This document shows, in pieces, positions 26,900 through 38,185 of a stretch of 64,000 bases of DNA (its first letter is position 1; each line of letters starts with the position of its first letter). The DNA is taken from the sequence record PP763257.1. One strand, written 5' to 3'. The notes below the pieces were generated by a model, which saw only the letters and a list, made by a program, of their open reading frames with translations, ran no database searches and was not told where the DNA came from. The stretch is from Acinetobacter phage Ab5. Made by a program: the position numbers and the translations under genes.

Positions 26900-28258
26900 A
26901 TGGCAGAACAAAAAATAAACGAATTACCAATTACACCACCTTCCAATTTCACAGATAATGATAGCTTTGTAATTATTGATGATAATAAAGCAAGGTTACT
27001 TCCTAGACCAACATTACTTTCTTGGATTCAAGATAATGTTCAAGGTGAGAAAGGTGATCAAGGTATTGCTGGTATCAATGGTGCTAACGGTAAGGATGGT
27101 AAAGACGGTAAAGATGGGCAAGATGGATTATCTGCATATCAAATCGCAGTCAATAACGGTTTCGTTGGAACTGAAGCACAATGGTTAGCTTCTCTGAAAG
27201 GACCTAAAGGTGATCAAGGAATTAATGGTACAAATGGTTGGAGTCCTATTCTTGCTGTAGTAACAACTGGAGAAAAACGTGTTCTACAAATCACAGGTTG
27301 GACAGGTGGAACAGGAACTCCACCGTCTACAGGTTACATAGGTCCTACTGGTATTGTTACTAATATTGCCAATGCTGTTGATATTCGTGGTTCTCAAGGA
27401 TTACAAGGTATTCAAGGTGCTAATGGTGCAAACGGATGGAATCCTGTTTTAGCAATTGCTAACAATTCTAGTTCACAACAAGTTATTCGTGTATTAGATT
27501 GGACTGGTGGTACTGGTACAAAACCAGCAACAGGGTACGTATCTTCAACAGGAATTGTAGCTACAGCAGATGAAGCAACAGCATTGACAGTAACAGTTAG
27601 TCAAAATGATGTTAGATCAACTACTTTAACAGGTCTTAGCTTATCAACAAAAACAGATGTTGTTGCAGAAGATACAATATTAGCTGCAATGGGAAAACTA
27701 CAAGCACAATTAGACAATTTATCAAACCAAGCTGGTCAAGTTAAAGTAGTTTATTCTGGATTAACGTTAACCAATTTTACTGCTAACACATATAAGACTT
27801 TTGATTTTGCAGCAGCAACACCTACTGTTGTTTCTCCACCGACCACAACATATCCAAAATCAACACCCAACAGCTACTTAGGTGTATTTGATGCAAATAG
27901 AGGAACATCTCCGACAGGTAGATTAATTGAGAATCCTATTAGTGGTCAAATTCACGGTTGGAGAATTCAAGGTCAATTTAGTGGTAAGTCTACGAGTGGA
28001 ACATCAACAGAAGTTTTAACTTTACGCATTAGAAATCCTGTAAGTGGTTTTACATACGTCAAGGCAATAACATTACCAAACAATCTTTCTTCTGGTACTT
28101 TTGCAGATGAGTTAATTACAATCGCTGACAATGATAGTATTCCTTCTCCAAACGGCTACATTCTTGAAGCAGCAATGTCTCAAACGGATGCTGGGTTATC
28201 AATTCAAATTAATGCGTTAACCAGATTCTCTTATGCTAAAGAAGTCTATGTTTCTTAA
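26900..28258 (+). CDS. collagen-like repeat fibre protein (neck, whisker or tail fibre)
   Basis: Gly-X-Y runs (GEKGDQGIAGINGANGKDGKDGKDGQDG). Two copies of a module GxNGxNGWxPxLA...VLxxxxWTGGTGTxPxTGYxxxTGIV. Confidence 0.65.
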   Translation: MAEQKINELPITPPSNFTDNDSFVIIDDNKARLLPRPTLLSWIQDNVQGEKGDQGIAGINGANGKDGKDGKDGQDGLSAYQIAVNNGFVGTEAQWLASLKGPKGDQGINGTNGWSPILAVVTTGEKRVLQITGWTGGTGTPPSTGYIGPTGIVTNIANAVDIRGSQGLQGIQGANGANGWNPVLAIANNSSSQQVIRVLDWTGGTGTKPATGYVSSTGIVATADEATALTVTVSQNDVRSTTLTGLSLSTKTDVVAEDTILAAMGKLQAQLDNLSNQAGQVKVVYSGLTLTNFTANTYKTFDFAAATPTVVSPPTTTYPKSTPNSYLGVFDANRGTSPTGRLIENPISGQIHGWRIQGQFSGKSTSGTSTEVLTLRIRNPVSGFTYVKAITLPNNLSSGTFADELITIADNDSIPSPNGYILEAAMSQTDAGLSIQINALTRFSYAKEVYVS

Positions 28259-28269
28259 TAGGAGTAATT

Positions 28270-29415
28270 ATGTTTGATATAAACACTTCTCCTGTTAAAG
28301 TAGATATTAACATTGAAAAAGATGTATTAACTACAGATGGGTTCTACCAAGTAGGTTTTATTACAGAGAATGATGTTGCACCAAGAACTTTAATTGTAGA
28401 AAGATTGAAAGACCTTCTAGATAACGGCTATGACAGAGCTTCTAAGGCTTATAACTTTTGTTTAGGTGTATTTGCACAGAATCAAATGAAACGTGTTGTA
28501 GTGCGAGCTAAGCGATCTTCTGAGACGTATTTTGAAGCATATTCAGCAGATGATAACTCAGAGTATTATTATGTTGTTATAGAATCAAAAGATTTTAATG
28601 ATATTGTAACATTCAACACAGCAATTCAAGATGAGTTAAAGTTACAGTATTTTTCATCTTCAGAGAATGTGTCAGATCAAGTTTACGGTAGAAAATTAGT
28701 TTATTACTATCAACCATATTTCGGCAATGGTTGGTTGCTATATGATTCTTCAAACATAGTTGAGACAGATAAAGGTAAATGGTTTTATATTGGTGAACTT
28801 GGTAACTATTCAGACGGCAAAGGTAGTTGGTCTTTCGATGACAACTCTATTACCAATTGGGACACTTCGGATAATGTTCTTTTAGAATACCAAGATTTAA
28901 CAGAAGAAGAAGCACAAAGTAAATCTTTAGAATATCCTGAAGGTGCTTGGATTGGGTATTGTGGTTGGTTTTTCCCAAGTCAAGTTCAGTGGTTATATAA
29001 AAACTTAACACGAGTTGACTACTTCGATTTAAAGCAAATACCCAATTATTCAAATACTACAATTATGCTGTACTTTGACAGCAAGTCTACTGTCGGTACA
29101 GGTAAAACTTGTCAAGAGGTAGAAATTAATGAGCATATTTCTCTTGACTGGTTGAAGTATGCTTTACAAAGAAAATTGTGGAAATCTCTTTATACAAGTA
29201 AGAAGATAAACGCAACAGTCTATGGACTACAATCTTTAGAAAATCAAATAAAAGAAATATTAGATGTTTCTGTAGAGCAAGGTATTTTCTCAAGCTATAT
29301 CATAACAGACAGAAAACTTGATCGAATAAATAATAAAGCATCTTTTAAATTTTCAGCAACTTTAACTCATTCTATCTTAGGGGTAGATAAAGTTGAAGGG
29401 ACTATTTATCAATAA
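28270..29415 (+). CDS. hypothetical structural protein
   Basis: Position. Confidence 0.3.
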   Translation: MFDINTSPVKVDINIEKDVLTTDGFYQVGFITENDVAPRTLIVERLKDLLDNGYDRASKAYNFCLGVFAQNQMKRVVVRAKRSSETYFEAYSADDNSEYYYVVIESKDFNDIVTFNTAIQDELKLQYFSSSENVSDQVYGRKLVYYYQPYFGNGWLLYDSSNIVETDKGKWFYIGELGNYSDGKGSWSFDDNSITNWDTSDNVLLEYQDLTEEEAQSKSLEYPEGAWIGYCGWFFPSQVQWLYKNLTRVDYFDLKQIPNYSNTTIMLYFDSKSTVGTGKTCQEVEINEHISLDWLKYALQRKLWKSLYTSKKINATVYGLQSLENQIKEILDVSVEQGIFSSYIITDRKLDRINNKASFKFSATLTHSILGVDKVEGTIYQ

Positions 29416-29427
29416 AAAGGAAAAATA

Positions 29428-30471
29428 ATGTTAACAATTGATCAAATTGTTCGTGTTGTAATTCGCAGAGAAACATCAACAAAAACTGTTCGTGATCTTC
29501 AAAAGATTGCTATTCTCTCAGAACACACACGTTTTGCAGAAACTTTCAGACGCTATCAATCTACAACTGCTATGTTAGCTGATGGATTTTTAACGTCTGA
29601 CTTTGCATATATTGCAGCAAATCGAATCTTCTCTCAAGACCCTCAAGTAAAAGAAATCATTGTCGGTAAGGTAGTTGATGGTGGTACAGGTGTTGACTAT
29701 GTATCAGAGATTACTAAGTTACAATCTGAAGCTGCTGACTGGTTCTTCTTGATTACAGATGCTACTGATGATGCAGATAAACTAGCTATTGCTAACTACA
29801 TTGAAACACAAACTGCTATCTACGTATTCAGTGATCATAATACAGCAACTATCACTAACGCTACAACTGACATCTTCTCAACAATGAAAGAGCAATCTTT
29901 AATGCGCTCTATTGGTATCCACGTTAAAGATGCGGCAGTAGTTGCAGCAGAAGCAGCGCTTGTTGGCAAGTTTGCAGTTGATGTAATTGGTAGTAATTTA
30001 TGGCTACATAAAACTCTTACAACTCTAAGTGCTGAAAACTTTAGTGCTACCGAAGTTGGCTATTTAAATAGCAAGAATGCTCTTTACTACACTAAAGTTG
30101 GTGCTGATTCAGTTGTTGAAGGTATGGCTAATGTAGTTGGTGGTGAGAAGATTCATGTCATCTTAGGAGCTATCTGGTTAGAAGTTCGTATTGGTGAGGC
30201 ATTCTGGAACTTACTATACACCAAGAATCGAATTCTTTATACAAACGGTGGTATTGATCAGTTCAAAGCTGTTCTTGTTACTATCTTAAATCAAGCTGTT
30301 GATAATAACATTTTAACAGACGATACGCCTTTCCAAATCACTGTACCAGATGCTAATAAACTTACTTCTGCTGAACGTGCAAGCGGTGTTCTTTCTAAGA
30401 TCACATTCCGTGCTCGTCTTGCTGGAGCTATTATCTTTGTTGATGCTGTTGAAGGCACGGTTTACGCTTAA
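29428..30471 (+). CDS. putative short tail sheath protein (347 aa)
   Basis: Position before the tube-size gene in a contractile-tail module. Beta-rich C-terminus. Confidence 0.4.
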   Translation: MLTIDQIVRVVIRRETSTKTVRDLQKIAILSEHTRFAETFRRYQSTTAMLADGFLTSDFAYIAANRIFSQDPQVKEIIVGKVVDGGTGVDYVSEITKLQSEAADWFFLITDATDDADKLAIANYIETQTAIYVFSDHNTATITNATTDIFSTMKEQSLMRSIGIHVKDAAVVAAEAALVGKFAVDVIGSNLWLHKTLTTLSAENFSATEVGYLNSKNALYYTKVGADSVVEGMANVVGGEKIHVILGAIWLEVRIGEAFWNLLYTKNRILYTNGGIDQFKAVLVTILNQAVDNNILTDDTPFQITVPDANKLTSAERASGVLSKITFRARLAGAIIFVDAVEGTVYA

Positions 30472-30489
30472 TAAAAGGAAAATAAAAAC

Positions 30490-31026
30490 ATGGCAAATAC
30501 AATCACTTCATATATTCCATCAGCGTTAACAATTGTGATCAACCATCCAGCAACTAACACCACACATGTTATTGGTGGTTATTCGCAAGATTCAGTTGTT
30601 TCAATTGAGTTTCCTGATGAGACGTGGACAGAAACAGAAAGTATTGACGGTATTACAACTCGTACACATCGTAAAACAACTACATATCGTGCAACTATTA
30701 GCTTAGACCAAACATCTCGTAGCAATGATGTTCTTTCAGCAATTGCACGATATGATGAACAAGATTTGACAGGTATTCAAGGAATTTTCACCTGCACTAT
30801 TACTGATAAATCAGGTCGCTCATATATTTATTCAAGTCAATCATTTGTTAAGAAACCACAAACACAAGAATTTGGTAGTTCAACTTCTACTCGTGAGTGG
30901 ATGATTGTCTTAGCAGCTAGTGATGCTTGGGTTGGTGGCTCTGGATTAATTGACCAAGAAACACAAGATGTTTTATCTGCATTTGGTGTTGTTGTTGATG
31001 ATCAATGGAAAGCAATGACAGCTTAA
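30490..31026 (+). CDS. putative tail tube protein
   Basis: 178 aa directly after the sheath candidate. Confidence 0.4.
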   Translation: MANTITSYIPSALTIVINHPATNTTHVIGGYSQDSVVSIEFPDETWTETESIDGITTRTHRKTTTYRATISLDQTSRSNDVLSAIARYDEQDLTGIQGIFTCTITDKSGRSYIYSSQSFVKKPQTQEFGSSTSTREWMIVLAASDAWVGGSGLIDQETQDVLSAFGVVVDDQWKAMTA

Positions 31027-31034
31027 GGTGATAT

Positions 31035-31610
31035 ATGTCTTTATTACATAGTTATGTTCCTAGCGCAACTAGAGTTAAACTTTTTGGAATTAATGTTGAG
31101 GGATTTGGTACAACAAACTTATTTGAGATTGAACGTGATGCTCCAGCAACAACATTCCGAAAAGCAATGGATGGTAGTCACACAGCATTCGTTGATAAAT
31201 ATGGAAGCTATAGAATTAATGTCTATGTAATGCAATCAAGTGAAGCTAACACATGGCTTCATTTGATTTTTAAAGCTTATCAGAAGTTTGGTGCTGACTT
31301 AAAGATTCCTCTAGAGATTGAAGATAAGAGTGGTAAATTACACTTCATTTCAATGGATTGTTTCTTTGAGACTGAACCAACAGTTACTAGAGGTTCAGAA
31401 TTAGGTGAAGTTGTTTGGACATTTGTTTGTCACAATGGAGCTTATAATATTGCTGGTAACGGTAGTGTTGATGATCTTTATGATAAGTTAGCTTCAATCA
31501 TTCGACTAATTGAAATAGGTGGATTAATTGGAATTGACTTTAGTGATTTCACTGACAAGATTATGGAGTCTGCTGATACAGCAATGACAAGATTAAGAAC
31601 TTTAGTTTAA
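31035..31610 (+). CDS. hypothetical tail protein
   Basis: Position. Confidence 0.3.
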   Translation: MSLLHSYVPSATRVKLFGINVEGFGTTNLFEIERDAPATTFRKAMDGSHTAFVDKYGSYRINVYVMQSSEANTWLHLIFKAYQKFGADLKIPLEIEDKSGKLHFISMDCFFETEPTVTRGSELGEVVWTFVCHNGAYNIAGNGSVDDLYDKLASIIRLIEIGGLIGIDFSDFTDKIMESADTAMTRLRTLV

Positions 31611-31624
31611 TAGGAGCTTTACAA

Positions 31625-32164
31625 ATGGGTATTCTAAATGAGATTTCTTCTAAGGCTAAAGATTTAATTCAAGGAAATAATTTACTTAATCGAAGAACAC
31701 GTTCTTATGATGCAAGTAAGAATAGAATTGTTGTTGCTGGTTTTGAGTTAGATGGTGTTGTTGAAGCGACACTTTCCGCTAAAACAGTAGCTAAGTCAGA
31801 TCAAGGTGTCAGTAAGTATTACTACACTTATTATGAAGTACATGAACCATTAACTTTAAACATAACAGTATTACCAACAGCTAAGTGTAATGAGATTCTA
31901 CAATTACTAGCATATACTCAGAATAAGAAAAAAGGATGGTTTACAACATACATTGTTGAGAATGGAGTTCCTGTTGATGTTTATAAATCAGTATTCTTAA
32001 ACTTATCTGAAATTGGTATGCAAGCTGAAGGGCAAAATAGAACATACATTTTAGGCATCTGTGATGCAAACAACAATACTGTAGAACAAACAGAAAGTGT
32101 TATTGGAGAAGAGACTCCTTTAGAAACTTCTTTAGACACTCCTGTGGCAATTGTTCCAGAATAA
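31625..32164 (+). CDS. hypothetical tail protein
   Basis: Position. Confidence 0.3.
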   Translation: MGILNEISSKAKDLIQGNNLLNRRTRSYDASKNRIVVAGFELDGVVEATLSAKTVAKSDQGVSKYYYTYYEVHEPLTLNITVLPTAKCNEILQLLAYTQNKKKGWFTTYIVENGVPVDVYKSVFLNLSEIGMQAEGQNRTYILGICDANNNTVEQTESVIGEETPLETSLDTPVAIVPE

Positions 32165-32187
32165 GAATAAATTTTAGGAGAAATTAA

Positions 32188-32583
32188 ATGTCTACTAAGA
32201 CAAAACAAGTTATTAAAACAATTAATGATCGAGCATATGTAATTAACGCCTTTCGTGGAGAGAAGGGTTGGGAATTTCTTCCTCGTGTAGCCAAATACAT
32301 TTTCCCATTCATCGGATTACTTGGTGGTGGAGAAGAAATGACAGAAGAAGAAGCTGGTAAGAATCTTATGCTTTTATTGGAAGGTGAAAATGCTAAAGAT
32401 TTATCAGCTTTAATTAAAGAATTGGTTGCTGACATTGAGGTGGGTGGTATGCGTATTAACTTCAATGAAGAGTTTGAAGAAAACTATGATGCATTATTAA
32501 TTCTAACAATTGAAGTTATTAAATTAAATTACGCTAAATCTTTTCAAAGACTCGTTACGAATTTACAAAGCGTTCTAGCGTAA
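32188..32583 (+). CDS. putative tape-measure chaperone
   Basis: Position immediately upstream of the TMP. Confidence 0.3.
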   Translation: MSTKTKQVIKTINDRAYVINAFRGEKGWEFLPRVAKYIFPFIGLLGGGEEMTEEEAGKNLMLLLEGENAKDLSALIKELVADIEVGGMRINFNEEFEENYDALLILTIEVIKLNYAKSFQRLVTNLQSVLA

Positions 32584-32642
32584 GTGAATCGTCAACGAGG
32601 GTAAATAAAGCAGAAATAGAGAAGATTGAAAAGACCTTCTCT

Positions 32643-32828
32643 ATGCCTTTAGCTTGGATTTCCATTCTTGATAATGCAGAAACAGATTATGTATCTACAT
32701 TACAAAAGCTCAAGTATGAATTAACCGTTGATGATGTTTACGATCTTTTAGAATATCTTGAGTACAAGAAGTGGAAAAATCACGAAGAAATGTTAGCACA
32801 GCAAGAACAACATAATAATAAAAGGTAG
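32643..32828 (+). CDS. hypothetical small protein
   Basis: ORF track. Confidence 0.3.
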   Translation: MPLAWISILDNAETDYVSTLQKLKYELTVDDVYDLLEYLEYKKWKNHEEMLAQQEQHNNKR

Positions 32829-32833
32829 ATAGA

Positions 32834-34888
32834 ATGCAGATAGCAAGTTTATTCGCATCATTAGGGTTTAAAGTAGACACTAAGGGGTTAGATGCATTCC
32901 AATCTAAGCTTCGTGAAGTTCGTGGTGATACAGCACTATTTGCGCGTAATGCTAGAGTTTTAGCTACTAACCTACGTAGTATGTCATCTGGTTTAGACGG
33001 TGTTACTACTCGACTTGATAAACTTTCACTAAAAAGAGCAAATGCTAACATTTCTGAAAGTTATACTGAAGTTGCAAAATCTGTTGCTCGTGTACACAAT
33101 GCTTTAAATGGAATTTCAAATAATCAAAAACGAATTACCTTAAGTTTAGGGAAGATTCATTCATCAGTTAAAGCTGGTGAACCGATTTGGGACAAATACA
33201 AACAATCTGTTCTAGAAACTAAAGCTGCATTACTTCAAGTTAATGGTCAGATGCAACAACTGAGAAAGAATTCAAACATCGGTGTAAGAACTGGTAGCTC
33301 TGGATTCTCTTCTTCTCGAACATCAGCCCCAAGACAACAAAGACCTTTTGGTGGAATGAATCTTGGTGGTAGTGAAGGTTTATTAGCTGGCGGTGGCTTC
33401 TTTAGGGCTATGTTACCTGCTGTAGCAACTGCTGGTGGCTTACCAACATTAGGTTATGCGGTATCTAAGATTGTTGAGCAAGGACGAGAAGTTCAGAAGA
33501 TGGACATCGTTCTTAAAATGGCATCATCTAGCGCTGAAGAGTTCGGTAGAAACTTAGAGTTTGTTAGAAAGACAGCACAAGAAGTTGGTGTTGATGTAAC
33601 AGAGTTTGGTCAAGCATACGCTAAGATGCTTCAAGCAACCAAAGATGTTAAAGGTCTTGGTCTTGAAGATAAAGAGAAAATGTTTAGAGACTTATCAATT
33701 TACATGCGTACAATTGGTAGTTCTGCTGATGATCAGCAAGGTATCTTCCGTGCATTAACACAAATGTTCACTAAAGGTAAAGTTCAAGCTGAAGAACTTT
33801 TACAGATGGCAGAACGTGGTGTACCTGCTGCTATTGAGATTAAGAAAGCTGCTATTGAAGGTCTGAAAATGACTGAGAAGCAGTTTGAATTAGCTCAGAA
33901 GAAAGGCGAACTTGATCCAGCTAAGCTTCTTCCTATTATGTCTGCTAACTTAGCTAAATTAGCTCAAGATAGTGGAGCATACGAGAAAGCATTACAAACA
34001 TCTGCAACAGCACAACAGCGTTTTAAGAATGAGTTAAAACTTCTGTCTGATGAAATATTACAAGGTGGATTAGATCAAGGTCTTAAAAACTTATTTGAAA
34101 ACTTAACTGATTTAATAAAAGTCACCAAAGAAGGTATTCAATGGTTAAAAGGGTTTAAGAAAGGTTTAGATGAAGTTAGTGGTGGTAATTCAGGACTAAT
34201 TCTTAGTATTGCTACACTTTCATTAGTAATATTAAGATTCAGAAAACCCATCATGATTCTCTGGCAATCTTTTAAACTTGTTAGAGCAATGGGTGGTGGA
34301 TTATCAACATTCTTTAGTGGAACATTTGTTAAGAGTATTCTTAGACTTGGTGGTAAGTTATTCTGGTTAGTTACAGCATTTGAAGCTGTTATAGCCATTG
34401 GTAACGCTTTAAATAAAGAAGCCGAAGGAACTCCAACATGGATTAGTTGGTGGATTCTCAACTTAGAGACACTTTATGTAAACGTTGTTTATTATATTGC
34501 TAAGATGCGATATGAGTGGGCTAAGTTCACTAATGATATGAGCAATAACGCCAAGTTATCTTTCTTTGGTGGTGAATTGGAATCTGATAGGATTTTAAAT
34601 AAAGCTTATCAGAAAGGCAGTCAAGGAACTGCTGATCAAAGCAATGCGCCATCATTCAAGGACAGATTAGGTGCAGCTAATGAACTATACGGAATATGGT
34701 ACAAGAAACTCTTAGACGAAATAATTAGCGGACGTTTAGGTAGAATTAGTTATGAACCTTCTCAAATGAATGGTCAAGGAAGATTAGGTTACATTGAGAT
34801 CATGCAAGACGGTAAGAGTGTTGGAAGATTGGATTTAGATTCTGCTGGTAATAACCATGCCAAGATTACATCGGGGACATACTTTTGA
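32834..34888 (+). CDS. tape measure protein
   Basis: 684 aa. Ala/Gly/Leu-rich helical sequence with C-terminal hydrophobic segments. Position. Confidence 0.7.
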   Translation: MQIASLFASLGFKVDTKGLDAFQSKLREVRGDTALFARNARVLATNLRSMSSGLDGVTTRLDKLSLKRANANISESYTEVAKSVARVHNALNGISNNQKRITLSLGKIHSSVKAGEPIWDKYKQSVLETKAALLQVNGQMQQLRKNSNIGVRTGSSGFSSSRTSAPRQQRPFGGMNLGGSEGLLAGGGFFRAMLPAVATAGGLPTLGYAVSKIVEQGREVQKMDIVLKMASSSAEEFGRNLEFVRKTAQEVGVDVTEFGQAYAKMLQATKDVKGLGLEDKEKMFRDLSIYMRTIGSSADDQQGIFRALTQMFTKGKVQAEELLQMAERGVPAAIEIKKAAIEGLKMTEKQFELAQKKGELDPAKLLPIMSANLAKLAQDSGAYEKALQTSATAQQRFKNELKLLSDEILQGGLDQGLKNLFENLTDLIKVTKEGIQWLKGFKKGLDEVSGGNSGLILSIATLSLVILRFRKPIMILWQSFKLVRAMGGGLSTFFSGTFVKSILRLGGKLFWLVTAFEAVIAIGNALNKEAEGTPTWISWWILNLETLYVNVVYYIAKMRYEWAKFTNDMSNNAKLSFFGGELESDRILNKAYQKGSQGTADQSNAPSFKDRLGAANELYGIWYKKLLDEIISGRLGRISYEPSQMNGQGRLGYIEIMQDGKSVGRLDLDSAGNNHAKITSGTYF

Positions 34889-35739
34889 TATACACATTAA
34901 TCATTAAAAACTCAGATGGACAAACCTCTTCGGTTATTTCATTTAGCTCTGTTCGATCTTTCTCTGAATCATTAGGTGCTACAACCACCGATAATGTTGT
35001 TGAATACGGATTCCCTGTTTCTGATCACATGTTAGTTAGTAATATTACATTTGACTTGGATGTGATTGTTACAGGTTTTTCAGTGTTTGATGAAAATCTA
35101 GAATTATTTTGGAATGGTTCTGATTTTACAACAAATTCACCAGATCAATTGACTACACAAAATGCACACTTATTAATGAGAAAACAATTAAAGGATTTGA
35201 TTCTTAATCGCATTGTTTTCTCATTACTTATCACAGAAGATAATTCTTTTGTTCAAGATATTAATACCAAAGAAGCACAATTACGTAAGAGTATTGTTGA
35301 TGAGTATGTAAACTGTGTTTGTACAAGTTTAACACTTTCTGAATCTGAAGCAACAAGTGGTGCAATCTTTGCTAAACTAAACATCAAACAGATTCGATCA
35401 GCATTAGTTAAAACAAGAGAACTAGAACAAGGTGAAAGAGTAAGACAAATTGATCGTATTGCTCCAACACCAACAGTATCTTCACAGAATTCTTCTGATG
35501 CGAGTAAAGGTGTTGATTCAGATGGTAATGCTGACTTGTCTAAAGGAACTAAAGACATCTTAGATGGTCAAAATCAAGGTAAATTACCTAAGTCTGGTGA
35601 AACAGGTTTGACACAAGCAGAGATTAACCGAAGACAAGTCGAGTCGAATACTATTGCAACAGAGCATGTAAAAAATCAACAAAGGATGGCTGAAGCAAAA
35701 GCGTTAGACGCTAAGAGAGAACGTGGAGATTTTAGATGA
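34885..35739 (+). CDS. hypothetical tail/baseplate protein
   Basis: ATGA coupling after the TMP. Confidence 0.3.
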   Translation: MIYTLIIKNSDGQTSSVISFSSVRSFSESLGATTTDNVVEYGFPVSDHMLVSNITFDLDVIVTGFSVFDENLELFWNGSDFTTNSPDQLTTQNAHLLMRKQLKDLILNRIVFSLLITEDNSFVQDINTKEAQLRKSIVDEYVNCVCTSLTLSESEATSGAIFAKLNIKQIRSALVKTRELEQGERVRQIDRIAPTPTVSSQNSSDASKGVDSDGNADLSKGTKDILDGQNQGKLPKSGETGLTQAEINRRQVESNTIATEHVKNQQRMAEAKALDAKRERGDFR

Positions 35740-36128
35740 TTACAGATACTACAGACATTTGGTACATCATTAAACTCTCCTTATTTAATAACACTAATTA
35801 CTATAATGATATCATAATTGATGGTATCTCTTGTCGATTTACTTTTGAATACAACGAAAGATTAGGGACGAGATATCTTTCTATTGTTACTGCTTCTGGA
35901 ACTGTACTTTTAAGTAAAACACCTTTATTTGAAGATAACGAAATCTATTTAGATAACAATGCTGATCTTATTGGTATTCACGATTGTTTCCTTAAATTAG
36001 TTAAACTTGATCAAACGATTGAGGATGACTTATTAAATTGGCAAGACAATTACATTATTTTTATTAAAGGTGTTTATGATGACATCTACAATGACTATAT
36101 GAATTTTACTAAATCATTAGTCGTTTAA
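35736..36128 (+). CDS. hypothetical tail/baseplate protein
   Basis: ATGA coupling. Confidence 0.3.
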   Translation: MITDTTDIWYIIKLSLFNNTNYYNDIIIDGISCRFTFEYNERLGTRYLSIVTASGTVLLSKTPLFEDNEIYLDNNADLIGIHDCFLKLVKLDQTIEDDLLNWQDNYIIFIKGVYDDIYNDYMNFTKSLVV

Positions 36129-36137
36129 GGAGGGAAT

Positions 36138-37451
36138 GTGGCAGACATTAAGGGCTTTCAAATCGGAAGATTACTTGAAGTCAATATTTATAATTATAAT
36201 AGTAATGAGGTTGTCACATTCTCAGGTTTCGATATTGAGTGTGAATTCTATAAAACAGATGATGCTGTAAATGAAGCTTCGATTGGTAAAGTTGCAATTT
36301 ATAACATGACAGATGAAACATTCAATAAAATTAACATCACAGGATGTGAGTTAGAAGTTAAATTCGGTTATGAAGCTACAGAAGCTAAAGCTCAAAGATT
36401 ATTCTTAGCTTTTGTAACTGCTGTTGATAGACACATTGATGGTAGTAATGTTATCACCGTATTTCAAGTATCTCTTAATTTTAAAGAGTATAACTTCACA
36501 CCAATTACAGTTTCAAAAAAAGAAAAAACTATAGGCTCAATTATCACACAAGTTGGTGAATTCTACGATGCTGTTTTTAAGATTGATTTAGGAAATATTC
36601 CCAAAGACCAACAAAGCAAGGTTACAGAATATATTACAACTGGTTTAATTCCAAAGTTCACATTCAATGGAACACTAGACGAATTCTTAAAAAGAATTAA
36701 TAATGATTTTGGTTTAACAAATCATAATATAAGTGAAGATATTAAAGGAAGTAAAAACAAATTAGTTAAAGAATTAATTTTTACATTCAGAGATAATTAC
36801 GTTCCTATTATTATCAATAAAGTTAACAAACCTTTTGCAAAGATAAAAGAACAACAAGAATTAGATATCTTGTTCCAAAGAGATACTTCGGATGTTGTTA
36901 CAATATTGAATCACGATACAGGGTTATTAGGAACACCACAAGTTGAATATAAAATTCAGCGTGTTTCTGAATATTGGAATTTTGCTGAAACTGATCAACA
37001 GACATTTGAATCTCAGGTAAGACAACAAGACAGGAATATTCGAGAAGCACAAGCTTCATTGAAACGTGCTGAACGAGAAGCTAAAGCGAAAGAAAAAGGC
37101 AAAACATTAAAGCCTAGAAAACCTAGAAAAGCTGGAACAATTTCTGTAAGAAGAAAATACTTAAAAGCTAGGGCTTTACCAAATCCAGCAGTAAGACCTT
37201 TAAGTATCATTGAAATACAATCTAAAATTAAAGAAAATAGTGGATTGTATCGTGTACGAGGTGTTCATTTTAGTATTAACAACTTTAAGCAAGAAGTTTA
37301 TATGGAAATGACATTAGAGAGCGTTGATACAGAAGATAAAGTTGTCTATGTTGATCCAACAACAGAAGGTGATTTCGAAATGAATGGTAGTTTAGGTTAT
37401 GACATCTCTGTTGGTAGTGAAAGTGATATCGAAACAGGAGGTATCGAATAA
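36138..37451 (+). CDS. putative baseplate hub protein (P2 gpD / Mu gp44-like position)
   Basis: Position upstream of V/W/J/I-like genes. Lys-rich internal segment. Confidence 0.35.
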   Translation: MADIKGFQIGRLLEVNIYNYNSNEVVTFSGFDIECEFYKTDDAVNEASIGKVAIYNMTDETFNKINITGCELEVKFGYEATEAKAQRLFLAFVTAVDRHIDGSNVITVFQVSLNFKEYNFTPITVSKKEKTIGSIITQVGEFYDAVFKIDLGNIPKDQQSKVTEYITTGLIPKFTFNGTLDEFLKRINNDFGLTNHNISEDIKGSKNKLVKELIFTFRDNYVPIIINKVNKPFAKIKEQQELDILFQRDTSDVVTILNHDTGLLGTPQVEYKIQRVSEYWNFAETDQQTFESQVRQQDRNIREAQASLKRAEREAKAKEKGKTLKPRKPRKAGTISVRRKYLKARALPNPAVRPLSIIEIQSKIKENSGLYRVRGVHFSINNFKQEVYMEMTLESVDTEDKVVYVDPTTEGDFEMNGSLGYDISVGSESDIETGGIE

Positions 37452-38173
37452 TGAGAGATTTAGCTCCTATTATTAAAAACATTTCAATGAATGAAATGAA
37501 GTCTCTTAATTTTTGTATGCCTGCCGTAGTGATTGGAATTGAGAGATTAAAAGATGGGTTGATTGATGTAGCTCCTGTAATTGACAAGTTTACATCAACA
37601 CTGGGATATACTGAGTATGAACCAATACATGATGTCCCAATCATCACTCCTAATACGTCTACAACGTCCATACAGGTCCCTATCAATCAAGGTGATGGTG
37701 TACTACTACTTTTCACTCAAAGTGACCATAGTGAGTTTATACAGGGCTTAAAAGATGCACATGAACCTAACACAAACTCATTTCTTTCTTTAGACAATGC
37801 AGTTGCTTTAGTTGGATTTAATCCATACCAAGAATCTGTTTACAACAACAACAATTATAAAAACGAATTAGACAACACAGCTTTAAATATTGTTCACAAT
37901 AAAAATACAGAAAATGAAGTTATGATGTCATTCAAATCTGATGGAACAATGAGTCTCGTTTGCAATAAAGTTAATGTGTCGTGTAAGCAAGCTGATGTAA
38001 AAGCAGAGACAGTGAGTGTTGATTCAAGTCTTATTGATGCAAAAAACTCATTAATTAAAACTGATAATGATGTATCTATTAAAGGTAAATCTGTTTACAC
38101 ATTTATGACAACACATACACACGGTGGTGTTATGAGTGGTGGAAGTAATACAGCACCTCCAAATCCACTATAA
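37451..38173 (+). CDS. putative baseplate spike (gpV-like)
   Basis: Position. Beta-rich. TAATG coupling. Confidence 0.4.
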   Translation: MRDLAPIIKNISMNEMKSLNFCMPAVVIGIERLKDGLIDVAPVIDKFTSTLGYTEYEPIHDVPIITPNTSTTSIQVPINQGDGVLLLFTQSDHSEFIQGLKDAHEPNTNSFLSLDNAVALVGFNPYQESVYNNNNYKNELDNTALNIVHNKNTENEVMMSFKSDGTMSLVCNKVNVSCKQADVKAETVSVDSSLIDAKNSLIKTDNDVSIKGKSVYTFMTTHTHGGVMSGGSNTAPPNPL

Positions 38174-38185
38174 CAAGGAAATAAT